Shown here one piece after another: positions 8,665-20,000 of a stretch of 20,000 nt of DNA. The stretch comes from Mesotaenium endlicherianum (taxonomy: Eukaryota), in assembly GCA_009602735.1 (NCBI GenBank), contig WELA01001020.1, forward strand, positions 204,932 through 224,931, given 5' to 3'. Both the position numbers and the translations under genes were made by a program. The notes beneath the pieces were generated by a model. That model was given only the letters and a program-made list of their open reading frames with translations, was not told the DNA's origin and did not search any database. Each line of letters begins with the position of its first letter. Position 1 is the first letter of the stretch.

Positions 8665-9681
8665 TATATCAGTCATATATAGGATGTAATATCAGTAGGT
8701 TGACATATAGTAAGCTCTCCTCATATTAGTCAGTAGACGTAGCTTCAGTACGCTGAGGATAGATACATTCATTTAGATTATTATTTGTAGATTGGCACAT
8801 GTAACCGTAGTATACTGAAAGTCGGAAGGTCGGCAGAGATTCGGTAAACCGATGTCCTACCAGTGTGGTCAACTCCTGGGTGGGCGGAGCCGTCGTCAGT
8901 CAACTGAACAATTAGGACTTCAATCAACCGACCAATTAATATGGTCGTTATACCTAGATCCGTGGGTCCCAACTTAACGGGTTTCCCACGACACGGCGCA
9001 CCTTGCGTCGTGGTCAACCAGGTGGTCACTAGGTACTTAGCAGGCTGGGATCTCGTGGTCCCTCATTCTGGACAGTAGGCTTTATAGTCGGATTTCTACT
9101 TGCAAGTGATGTGTGCACTTTTTGGGTTAGTTCTAGTGACCAGCCTTCACGAAAATTGACATGGCTGCTTCGTTTGCGCTCCAAATGGAGCGAACTAGAA
9201 CTTTTCGGAAAGGTCTTGTCAAGATGCATCCGTTGCCGTTAAGTTTGCAAAATTTGGAGTAGTATTAACAGAGACATGCCCTCTGACAGTTTGGGGTCAC
9301 ACAACGGACAGATTCCATGGTTTTTGCACCTAAGTCAGTGGGATGTGTTTGAGCTACTTTATGGTCATCTGAATGAGAGCGCCTTTGCTATTCAGTCCCC
9401 TGATGTTGTGTATGTGCTTACATATGCTTGTGTGCCTGGTAGGCAAGAGGTCATGAGTTTCTAAAGGAGAAGCTCTAGTCCTCAAGCTCGCCTCTTTCTT
9501 GTGCCTTGTATTTGTGTGCAACTATGGCACACTACGATAAGTGAGTCAAGGGTTATAGATGAGTAAACGGAATTCATTATAAGGGCAAAGATCGCTCCCT
9601 GATTTCACACGCTTCCACCTATCTCTGATCTTTTATATTCAAATGAAATATATTAATCTTGAATAAGCAAGATTCATTTCA
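8665..9681 (+). mobile_element. LTR of a related but distinct family, opposite orientation (solo or 3' LTR; left boundary uncertain, TGTAAT at 8685)
   Basis: Ends GATTCATTTCA, the same terminus as the element-1 LTR. 8829-8894 is about 78% identical to the reverse complement of 169-235. No PBS follows; element-2 integrase sequence resumes at 9682. Confidence 0.7.
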
Positions 9682-12600
9682 GTCCCCTTTGGTGTAAGGT
9701 TCTAGGAAGGAGACATTAAAGACCGGGTGACCCTTGTATTCTGCTGACATGTGCAGTTTGTAAGCATTCTGACCGACACGGCGCACCACCGATATGGATC
9801 GACCCAGACAAGACCAAGCTTTTTCTTGACCACACCAGGGAGGTACAGGTGTTGAGAATGTAGTTTGACTAAATCGCCCTTAGAAAAGGTCAGTATTCGA
9901 CGGTGCTGATTAGCGTACTTTTGTTGGTTTGCTTGGGCTTTGTACAGCTTCTGTTGGACTTCTAACAGGGCGTCAGCAAACTCCTGAGTTAACTGGAGGG
10001 AGATCGGGTTGTCAATCCCTGCAGGGTGAGTTAAAGACTCCCCTAGGACATCTAAAGGAGACTTAGGGACTCTATCCAGGCTTAGTTCAAGAGGAGTCTT
10101 GCCCGTTGACGCGTGCACCGCATTGTTGACCGCAAATTGGATTTGAGGTAACAAGTCATCCCAATTATTTTATTTTTGGTTAATATAGGCTCTCAGTACC
10201 TCTTGCAGAACTCGATTAGTTCTTTCAGTCTGCCCATCAGTCTGAGGGTGGTTTGCTGTGCTGAGCAGCTGCCTGACTCCCATTAACCCCATTAAAGCCC
10301 TCCAGAACTTAGAGGTGAATTTTGAGTCTCTGTCTGAGATGATATTAAAGGGTAGCCCATGTTGGCAAACTACATGGTTGTAGAACTGTCTCGTTGTTTC
10401 GAGTGCAGTTACTTTGACAGTTGTGGGGATGAAAATGACCATTTTTGCCAGTTTATCCACAACTACTAGTATCGAATTATGCCCATTGGCAGTTCGTGGC
10501 AGTGTGACCACCCGGTCCATGGATATTGTTTCCCAGCGGCCAGCTGGGATGGGCAGCGGTTGTAAGAGGCCCCCCGGTGGTGTGTGCCAAGACTTATTAC
10601 TGGTCACAGGACTTAGCGTATTTCAAGACCTCCCAAGGTAATCCCTCCCAATGATAATGTTTTGCCAGTTTGCCAACAGTTTTGGCCTGCCCCAAATGCC
10701 CACCCAGTAAACTGTCATGTGCTTGACTCAATAAGAGGGACCTTATTTTCACGTTATTAGGAACGACCAGCTTCAGCCGGCCTGAAGTGGTTTTAGTCAC
10801 CCAGGCCCCTCCCTTAAGCTTATACCCGAGTGCAGTAGCACGACACACACCAGTAGTGGGGTTGGGCTCAAATGTTCGGTCAGAAAGGGAGGCTTTCCTA
10901 AGTTGTTCAAGGAAGGATTTTTTCACCTTCAGCGAAGTGAGTGCACACAGGACTTTATCTACAGCATGCTGACTAAAGGTCCTTTCTTGCAAGTCAGGTC
11001 TTGTAGAGAGGGCATCAGCAGGATTTAACTTCCCTGGTTTGTAGATGATCTGGACTTAGACTGCTCCAGCATCTGGCTCCAGCGGTTCTCCCTCCTTGAC
11101 AGCTTGGACTTCTTCTGAAAGTGAGTCAGAGCTAGATGATCTGTAATCACCTTAAAAACTTTACCATGTAAGTATGCTATCCATTGTTTGAGCACATGAA
11201 GGATAGCTAGCAGCTCTTTATCATGCACTGAGTAATTAATCTCCGCTGGATTAACTTTCATACTCGTACAACACAGGATGCCACTCCTGCCGTACATTAC
11301 CATCCTTTGTGGTTTTGTCAGCAGGCTGCAACAAAATAGCACCCATGGCAAAGTCAGAGGCATTAGTGACCACCTGCACCCGTTTGCTGGGGTCATACAC
11401 GGCTAGCACTGGGGCAGAACAGAGAGCATCTTTAAGGGTCTGGAAGGTAGCCTGCTGCTCTTCCCCCCACACATACCCTATGTCTTTCTTAGTAAGGTCA
11501 GTCAGTTTACTGGCCTTTGTAGAATAATTTTCAATAAGTCTCCTGAAGTAGTAAGCCAACCCAAGGAAGGACCTAACTTCAGAGACAGACTGTGGTACTG
11601 GCCAATCCCTTATGGTTTGGACTTTCTTAGGATCCACACTGATGCCTTCTTTACTGACAACGTGGCCTAAGAATTCAATACTTTCTTCAAAGAAATCACA
11701 CTTGCTCATTTTAACATGTAAGTGATTTTTTCTCAGAGTGTCCATGACTGTCTTTAAGTGTTCAGTGTGCTGAGCTTCATCTTTAGAGAAAATTAAAATA
11801 TCATCCAGGAAAACTTGCACAAACTTATCCAAATAAGGTCTAAAAATGTCATTCATAGCACCCATGAAGATCGCAGGAGCATTAGTCAGTCCAAATGGCA
11901 TCACGTTGAACTCATAGTGTCCATAACGTGTGCGGAAGGCAGTCTTGTGTTCATCCCCCTCAGCAATTCTGATTTGATGATAATCACTCTTGAGATCTAT
12001 CTTACTGAACACCTTAGCACCAGACAGGGTATCAAGCAAGTCCTCAATTCTGGGTAAAGAATACTTGTTCTTTACTGAAATTTTGTTCAGAGCTCTCTAA
12101 TCCACACACATCCGCATACTGTCATCCTTTTTCTTACCAAATAGGATGGGTGCGCCGTAAGGTGATTTACTTGGGGAAATATAACCATTTTCCTCAAGCT
12201 CTGCAATCTGTGTTTTCAACTCCTGGCTCTCCACATAAGACAAGCCATAAGTGCGTTGCCAGGGTGGCTGACTCCCAGGTAATAAATCAATCCTATGATC
12301 CACTTCTCTCTTAGAGGGTAGTCCTGGAGGCATGTTAAATACATCCGTGTACTGAGCAACAATTTTTGCAGCAGTAGGGTGCTCCGAAGGACTTACCTTT
12401 TTCTCCACCACTTCTTCAGGTTGAGGAGGTACCTCTCTTAGCATCAGACAGAACATTCTATCTTCCTTCTGGTTCCAGCTTTTGACGAACTCCATTGCAA
12501 TCAGCAACTTGCATCCTTCTGGAAGCCTCTTCTTTTCCTTCATTTGCCATCCACACAGGAGAAGAGGAAGAGCACTGGTGGGTGCCAAGTTAGTCTGCCC

Positions 12601-13221
12601 ATCACTGGCTCCTCTCACTTTCACTGTACCTCTGCTCCAACACACTTCAACTTGATGTCTATTAAGCCAGGACCTGCCTAGCACGAGAATTTAAAAGCCA
12701 TTGTTGAGTACCTCAAATGTAAGCATTTCAGTTAGAACTGCAATGCCAGAACCTAACTGGACCTCAATAGGCTTGGTTATAACTCCTCCCGGGATACTTG
12801 AGGCATCTCCAAGGAATATTTTTCTATTCCCTTGGGTGACAGTAGGCAGCCTTAGCCGCTTAACTAAGTCCTTGTGGATAAAAGTATGTGACGCCCCTCC
12901 GTCAACAAATGCCCTCACCTTCCTACCTGCAATCATGCAATGCAGTAGGATAGGGGGGACTGTCTTTTCCTGACTTTTGCATTGTTCTCCTGACTTAGCA
13001 AAGAAATGTTGGACATCAGGTGGAACAAGAGCATCCAGAGTGTGCACTCTCTGGACGTCTATATTACTGATGGTCTCCTTTATCTGTTTGTCAGGCATGC
13101 ATAGTGAATCCAGTTCAGCAGGACCCATAATACCTGCTACGGGGGTAGCTAGTGACGACTCACTATCTCTAGCATCCTCACAGTCAGTAGATTGGATTAC
13201 TGACTGTTGCTGTCTTTTAAA
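9682..13221 (-). pseudogene. pol: pol pseudogene of element 2
   Basis: Broken into at least 7 ORF pieces with stops (12691, 12097, 10170, 9702) and frameshifts, e.g. an 8-bp deletion near 10598. Confidence 0.92.
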
Positions 13222-15354
13222 GGCTGGTCTTTTCTCTCGACCTTAGGCAGGTGCTTGACCGGACACTGTTCTCTGTAGTGGCCTTTCTGCTGACAATGGT
13301 AGCAAGTAGATTTTGCTGAGGCTGGTCTCGGCTTAGTCCTACCACCACCCCTTCCATAGCCACCTCGAGAGGGACCACCTCTACCTCTAGACTGAATAGC
13401 ATTGTACTCATACTCATATTCATCACCCTGATTATCCTCAGCCTGGTCTCCTTCAACTGCATTGTAGGAACCGTGGGGCTTTTTGACAATCTTAGACACC
13501 AAAGCGTTACTCTGGCGCTTGTGATTGAACTGCTGCTGATCCCAGGCGTCAGCATCCTGGATCAAGTCAGCCAGTTTCTCATACTTTTTCTCAGCAAAAT
13601 GACCAGAGACCTCGGATTTCAAGCCATACCTGAAGTATGCTATCCTATACCGTTCTGGCAAATCAGGCTGCTTCATCATGTTCTCTTGGAACTTTTGAGC
13701 AAACTCAGCAACTGAAGTGGTCTGCTTCAGTGTCAGGGAGATCATCGCATAGATAGCTTTCTCCTGCTGGTTGATGACATCAAACTTCTCATGCAACTTC
13801 TCGACAAACTCTACCCACGTAGGGTCACCGAGTTGCCGAGCCTTACGCTCTTCCTTCCAGTAAAGCCACCAGTCTGCGGCACTGCCTTTCAGTAGCGCAC
13901 CGGTGTGCCTGACCTTCTCNCTTCGGAAGGTGCTTGACTGGACACTGTTCTCTGTAGTGGCCCAACTGCTGACCATGGTAGCGTATGGATTTTGATGAGG
14001 CTGGTTTCGGCTTAGTCCTACCACCACCTCTTCCATAGCCGCCTCGAGAGAAACCACCTCTACCTCTAGACTGTATAGCATTATACTCATATTCATATNT
14101 TCATCATCCTGATTATCCTCAGCCTAGTCTCCTTCAATTGCATTCTAGAAATCTTGGGGCTTTTTGACAATCTTAGACACCAAAGCATTACTCTGGCGCT
14201 TGTGATTGAACCGCTGCTGATCCCAGGCATCAGCATCCTGAATCAAGTCAGCCAGTTTTTCATACTTCTTCTTAGTAAAATGACCCGAGACTTCGGATTT
14301 CAAGCCATACCTGAAGTATGCTATCCTATATCGTTCTGGCAAGTCTGGCTGTTTCATCATGTTCCCAAAAACTTCTGAGCAAACACAACAACTGAAGTGG
14401 TCTGCTTCAGTGTCCGGGAGGTCGTCGCATAGATAGCTTTCTCCTGCTGGTTGATGACATCAAACTTCTCATGCAACTTCTCGACAAACTCTACCCAAGT
14501 AGGGTCACCGAGTTGCGGAGCCTCACGCTCTCCTTTCCAGTATAGCCACCAGTCTGCGGCACTGCCTTTCAGTAGCGCACCGGTGTGCCTGACCTTCTCG
14601 TAATCTTGCAGTTCTGGGTAATTCTCCAGCCACTTCTCAACATCCGCGAGAAACTTGATCAGGTAATATTTTCTGTTTCCCTCAGGATCATAGTCCTGGG
14701 GAGGTTTCGGCTTGGGCTTACTAGGCCCTCGGCCACCACCACTAGTGGTGTGAGACCCCAGTTGGTCTCTGTCCCGCAGTAGAGACATTATGATTCTTTT
14801 GTCCTCCTGTTGGGACTGATACATGGTCGTCATTTGCGACTGCGTTTGAACGAACAATGCTCGCAAGTCCACACCCTGGGGTGGTAGTCTAGCAAATGCA
14901 GCAGCAGCATTGGTATCTACTCGCTGAGTAGTGTCCTCAACAGTCCCTCTCGCTCCTGCAGCAGCATTTCCTGCCGCATTCAGCCGGTCACGTATTTGAC
15001 CTAGGGGTACATTGAGTTGTACAGCAGGAGGTGGGTTCAGAATATTGGCCCTGGATGCCATAAGTTCTTCACAGTGCGCTCGTCAGCTGGCTGTCCTTCC
15101 CTCCCTTCTGTATCTTCAGCAGCCTTTGCTAATTGTTCAGCTTCTAATCTGGCTCTCTCCTCCTCAGCTTGCTGAGCTGCGACTGCGGCAATAGCAGCTG
15201 CCTCATCTGCAACCTCTCTAGCTGCAGTATTTGCCACTGCTTCAAAATAGGTATGGGTTCCCGCTACATGGCTTTCCGCCTGGTTTTCGACATTCTCGTT
15301 ATCCTGGTTCTCCATGTCTCGTGAGTTGCTAGTTTGAGACCTTGTCCTTACCAT
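13197..15354 (-). pseudogene. gag: gag pseudogene of element 2 with duplicated 3' part joined by single Ns
   Basis: Frameshifts near 15070 and 14365, stop at 14145, Ns at 13920 and 14099. 13921-14600 repeats about 13242-13919. Confidence 0.85.
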
Positions 15355-15375
15355 ACAAAGAAGACTGTGATAACT

Positions 15376-15387
15376 GCTCCGATACCA
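15376..15387 (-). other. Primer binding site of element 2
   Basis: TGGTATCGGAGC, identical to element 1. Confidence 0.85.
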
Positions 15388-15388
15388 C

Positions 15389-16106
15389 TGAAATGAATCG
15401 ACTTACCAAATAGGCGATTAACAATTAATAAAGATCTTTATATCAGCAAGTAATCTTTATGGTATTTCCGTTAACTAGTTAAACGGCAAAGGACAATACA
15501 CTAGCAGGGAATAATACTCGTTAGTCAAATGCGAGTAAACTAGCATCAATAATGCAATCAGTAAACTCATACATAAGCAAGGTTGGAAGACAGTGCGTAT
15601 CAATTGCTTCTAGCCTTGGATTCAGATCTTTCTCAGTAAGTTGTACAAGAGAGTTGGCCTCGTTTCCGAATGCCGAACTCGAGAGCAATGCCTAGCATAT
15701 ACACAAGGAATGAATTTACTGTTCAACGGCCAGTGCGATGGCACCGCCTACCCGGGAGTTAACCACGTTGGTAGGACCTCGGTTAACCAAATCCACCGCC
15801 ATCTCCCATCATCCCGAATCGCCATCCATCGTAGGGATGTCATCTGGCCATTCATCTAGCATACCACACTTAGATGCATATCGAGGCAGTTTGCTGCTAC
15901 CGAGTACGGAAGTCAGCTGGCTGTCAAAGAATGAGTCAGCAAGCTGACTTGAGTTGACTTCAGCCTGCTGCTTCCGGCTGAGTCCTTAAAGTGATAATTA
16001 TGTAAAGTCCAGCAGACTCAATACTACATGAAGTTCAGTAGGCTGAACTTAAATAACTATTATAGTTAAACGAATATTATATCTACTAATATACTGATTC
16101 ATTACA
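15389..16106 (-). repeat. 5' LTR of element 2 (718 bp; one 26-bp U3 unit fewer)
   Basis: TGAAATGAATC...GATTCATTACA, alignable with 7920-8664. Confidence 0.93.
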
Positions 16107-16591
16107 AACGTCTAAACCTCATACACAAAATCCCAGACCCTAAATCTTGAGTTACAAGTAGTCAATGTGTTTATGTGTGTATGTGTGTGTGCGTGTGTGC
16201 GTGCGTGTGTGTGTATGTTTGTGGGTGTGGGTGCGTGTGTGCGTGTGTGTGTATGTGTTTGTGGGTGTGTGCGTGTGTGTGTGTGTGCATGCAAGTCAAA
16301 TGTACAACACCCAAACGTCTAGACCTCACACACAAAATCCCAAACCCTAGAACTTGAGTTACAAGTAGTTAATGTGTGTGTGTGTATGTGTGCGTGCGTG
16401 CTTGTGTGTGTGTGCGTGTGTGTGTGCATGTGTGAGTGCATGCAAGTCAAATGTACAACATCCAAACGCCTAGACCTCACACACAAAACACCCTAAACCC
16501 TAAACCTTGAGTTACTAATAGTCAATGTATTTGTGTGTGTATGTGTGTGTGTGTGTGCGCGTGCGTGTGGGTGTGTTTGTGAGTGTGCGTG
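16107..16591. repeat. Three-unit compound satellite: about 85-bp core plus variable (GT)n tract
   Basis: Units start at about 16107, 16313, 16464 (AAACGTCTAGACCTCACACACAAAATCCCAAACCCTA...CTTGAGTTACAAGTAGTCAATG(GT)n GCATGCAAGTCAAATGTACAACA). Confidence 0.9.
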
Positions 16592-16862
16592 TGTAATGAA
16601 TCAATACATTGGTAGATATAATTATTCATTTACATATAATAGTTATTTAAGTTCAGCCTACTGAACTCTAGTTGATATTCAGTCTGCTGGACTTTATATT
16701 GAATATCAGTTTAATGACTCAGCCGGAAGCAACAGGCTGAAGTCAACTTTAGTCAGCTTGCTGACACATTCTTTGAGAGCCAGCTGACTTCCGTACTCGG
16801 TAGCAGCGAACTGCCTCGATATGCATCTAAGTGTGATACGCTAGATGAATGGCCAGATGACA
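16592..16862 (+). repeat. Truncated LTR (first ~270 bp, U3) of the same chromovirus family, inverted relative to element 2
   Basis: Begins TGTAATGAATC. Reverse complement of about 15840-16106. Similarity ends abruptly at ...GGCCAGATGACA. Confidence 0.9.
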
Positions 16863-17216
16863 AGTGAAAGAACCCTTGCCCCCATGTCCAAGTGTGCTTG
16901 ATATCTTTGCCTTCGTACACCATGAACACCTCATTGGCCCACTTGGGCCAGCGTCCTTCTCTAACCAAAGAAACTTAGTCTCCCATGAGCTCTTATACAC
17001 ATTTGTGAACTCTTCCCTTGTTCTCTCCATATTGGTGGACCCTGTTACAGCACTTACTACTTCCTCCGCACCCTCACACCCTTGTGCAACACTTGCACGT
17101 CCCCTATTTTCCACAAGAATCTCGTCTCCTTCAACAACTGGCTTGCTAGATATCAAGAAGGAAGTTAATCTACTTTGACTTCTTCTTGCTTTCTTAGAAG
17201 GCCTTTCAATAGTCAT
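16863..17216 (-). pseudogene. N-terminal fragment of a hAT/ZNF862-like transposase (TTF-type zinc-finger-like region), truncated
   Basis: VYKSSWETKFLWLEKDAGPSGPMRCSWCTK...GKGSF resembles the W-x3-F-x-WL...C-x2-C motif. Upstream candidate intron 17353-17225 (AG|GTAAAG, CTAAT, TGCAG). Possible CAGTG terminus at 17897. Confidence 0.5.
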
Positions 17217-18576
17217 GTTTATGCCTGCACACTCAAGGACAAGAAACACAAATTAGGCTGTACGTCCACATTGTAGAGACTGAATTTTTAATGTGAAGTA
17301 ACAAGAATAGAAATGAGCACAAGTAGCACATAATAGAAGTACCAATACTTTACCTCGTGCAGATATGTGTGCAAATCCGCCCCTTTTGAAAGCTCTAAAG
17401 ATTATAAATGCTATGCCTCATTCCTCCAAAACAGAAATAAACAATTGGCTAGTGGTGTATATTTGAAGTATACTTAAGGTTTTAAATGGTTATGCATTAA
17501 CAATAAATTATAGCACACAATGAGAGCCCTAGAGCACACCTCCTTGTTCGTCAAATTAAGTGTAAGTTTGAAGTCTCATTTTCAGGTTAAGTTTTAGTCT
17601 CAGCGTCCGTTGAAGTCTATTCGAAAGAAGGGTTTGCCTTCGTAAATCAAAGTAGGGCCCAGGGGTTTGCAGGTTGTACGGGGACCTACTGCCGGCGACG
17701 AGGGTGAACCGTGAAAGGGAGGCCAGTGTACGGCATTCCAACTTCTGAATTCTCTCGAGTCGTTGGCGATTCGTGGACCACTGACGATGCAATGACAAGT
17801 CGTAGGCTTTAGCCTGTAGGCCGTGGGCCTAGCCCCGGGGGCCCGGGCTCCGTACCCTTAGCCCTTTGGAAAAAAAACACCCGACATATAATCACTGGAT
17901 TTCCTTGGCATCCAAATCAAGAATTGCCGGGTTTTATGTGCCATCCGCCTTGAACGAACTGGGTTTGTTTTCGACATCCATCTGTTTTTGGTCGGTTTTT
18001 ATAACATCCAAGAATGAATAATAACACCCAAAAAGTTATGAATCCAGGGGTCTGCTCCGGAGTCCGGACTGCCCCTCCCATCCCCCCCCCCTCCCAGCAG
18101 GCTAAAAGTCGGGGATAGATTTTGACCTGAGACTTTGAGCTGCTTTTGGCCAATTCCGGCACATTGTGGCACAGGGGCCTGGTCTTCCAGGGACTTTCAG
18201 GCAGCTCAGGTGACTGCTTGGATACATGTGGCCGGTAATCTTCCAGAAGGGCCAGGGCGTTTGATATTAATTTATCTTGTTTTCTTCTTGCTCGTCTGTT
18301 GTACCTCTGGCATGTAGGGGAACGCCTTCGACGTCACATAGAGAGGCAATTCGCTATCACCGATATGATTTCATGATGATCACCTCGTTCAGTTATTTTT
18401 GAACACTGCGACACCAGTGACCAAGCAGCAACAAGCAAGCACCAAGTAAAAAGTGTCTATTGCAACAGTTAGGATATTGGCGAAGTTCAAGGTGGCAAGG
18501 AGGCAGATGTACTTTCGAGGAGGCCTGACTTTTGTTCGTTGATATACATGAAGGCCTACAGCACACTGACGCAACC

Positions 18577-19920
18577 TTCTGTATCCTTCTTTCCGCACCC
18601 TTTAGCATTTTTTGTTGCATAGACTCCAGGAGCACAGACCGGTTGCTGTTGGCTTCCTCAATCCTGCCCGCGACATCGTAAAGCCCGTCCGAGAAGCCCT
18701 TAACAATGCACCGCTGCGACAGAAGCTTGTAGATTATTGAACCTAGGCCAGGAATTTGCGGGCAATGCAGTACTGCACATCTTAGCGAATGATGATGGTT
18801 AGCAACTGTAGGACAAAGGAAAAAAGAAAGCATGCGGCTGTACTCGCGACCTGGAGTTGCCTTGTGCTTCTGCTTAGCTGCCACACCGCATCAGGTATGT
18901 AACTCCTGCCTGTAACTGCCTGATGATTGACACGCCCTGCAAGGTCCTGCCTCCCTCAATTTCCTCCACAATGGAACCCCTTTCATGTATACCCTGTCTG
19001 CATATACTCGAGTCTGGCGTGTAACTCTTGGCCGATATACTGATAGTCGTAGCACGTGAGCCTCTTCAGAGCTGCAGAGTACTCATTTTACACGAGATTT
19101 GGCTGAGGGTGAGGCGCGGTGAGGGGAATCACGAAGGAGACTTCTGGTTAATTAAAGAAGGGGTTGCTGCAGCCATGTACATGTGTAGTGCAGAGACATT
19201 CGTAAATCATCAGGGTGCAGGAGGACTAGTGTGGACATAGGAGGGCGTCAGCTGGGCTGCAAATTCTATGTGGGCCCGCTCGCCCTCAGCACGTAGTCAG
19301 ATTATTTCTTGCGCGTGCTCTCCAGCATCTTCAAGGTGCCAGTTGTCACCCTCTACATCGCTGCTGAGCTGTAGTACTCACCAGCTGGCAGCATCGCCAG
19401 TACTAATCACTGTCTGCCAAGTACATCAGCTCTCAGTCAAGGCCACGCTGCCCGCCTTCTTTCGCTACTGTAAGCTGTCGGTGCCAGCCACCAATTTAGA
19501 TTGAAGCAAGGATAAAAGCAAGCTCAGTCACGAGCTCAGGCCCCCTCGTCGCAGTGCAGCATCGTCGCACACGCCCCCTCTGTCTGCATGGCACTCGCAG
19601 TCATGCTTGGGAGAGTTGACGCATGCATGCACGCATAGGCACGTACGCCTGTTGCGCAAGGTGTCATCGGCGCTACGGCATTGATACATTCTACGGACAG
19701 GAGAACGACAGACGTTGAGCACAGGCACAGGCGTGACATGCTTGCTCCAATTTGGGGTAATGCCGAAGGGCTGAATGGACTCTTGCAGTGGTAACCCCAT
19801 ATGCGTTCAATGTCTGTACAATGTGTAATCCTGCAATGTGGTTGCCCCGAGCTGCCGAGCTCCTGTCAATGTCCTTCTGTGTAGTGTCACCATCAAGAAC
19901 ATTCTTGTCGTCGTCGATAT
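18577..19920 (-). pseudogene. Possible degraded multi-exon gene or transposon gene, unidentified
   Basis: Coding-like blocks bounded by TGCAG| and |GT (e.g. 19071-18993 LKRLTCYDYQYIGQELHARLEYMQT; about 18770-18577 ...VKGFSDGLYDVAGRIEEAN...QK). In-frame stops in the 19280-19500 block. Confidence 0.25.
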
Positions 19921-19933
19921 CGTTTCAGGACTC

Positions 19934-19934
<1 letters not shown>

Positions 19935-20000
<66 letters not shown>
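19935..20000. repeat. (GA)n microsatellite running off the window edge
   Basis: Perfect AG dinucleotide run. Confidence 0.99.

Larger units (their letters stand above)
9682..16106 (-). mobile_element. Degraded second copy of the chromovirus (element 2), interrupted in the integrase C-terminal region
   Basis: Colinear with element 1 from about 2880 to 8664. Multiple indels and stops. PBS and 5' LTR present. Confidence 0.93.

Noticed and set aside
16112..16357. His/Thr- and Cys/Val-rich ORFs; CRISPR-like repeat-spacer appearance of the satellite
   Set aside because: Translations of (GT)n. The apparent spacers are microsatellite, there are no cas genes and the context is eukaryotic.

Overview
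Eukaryotic repeat-rich DNA, probably plant or green-algal lineage (iMet-type PBS, GT-AG introns, CCCTAAA motifs), made mostly of nested transposons. (1) A young, apparently intact Ty3/Gypsy chromovirus lies on the minus strand (window edge to 8664). It has 5' LTR 7920-8664, PBS, gag, and pol (PR-RT-RH-INT-chromodomain) reached by a predicted -1 ribosomal frameshift. After pol comes an unexpected third sense ORF of about 558 aa with no transmembrane segment, preceded by a strong splice acceptor and bracketed by two copies of the PPT motif, then the 3' LTR (1-564, cut by the window edge). (2) An LTR of a related family lies on the plus strand (8665-9681). (3) A degraded second copy of the chromovirus (9682-16106) is interrupted in integrase and has an N-joined gag duplication. 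(4) A (GT)n-containing satellite, an inverted partial LTR, a hAT-like transposase fragment, possible degraded exons and a (GA)n tract follow. The most interesting signal is the non-env accessory ORF3 cassette with its cis-signals, followed by the frameshift element and a structured core shared by two LTR families.
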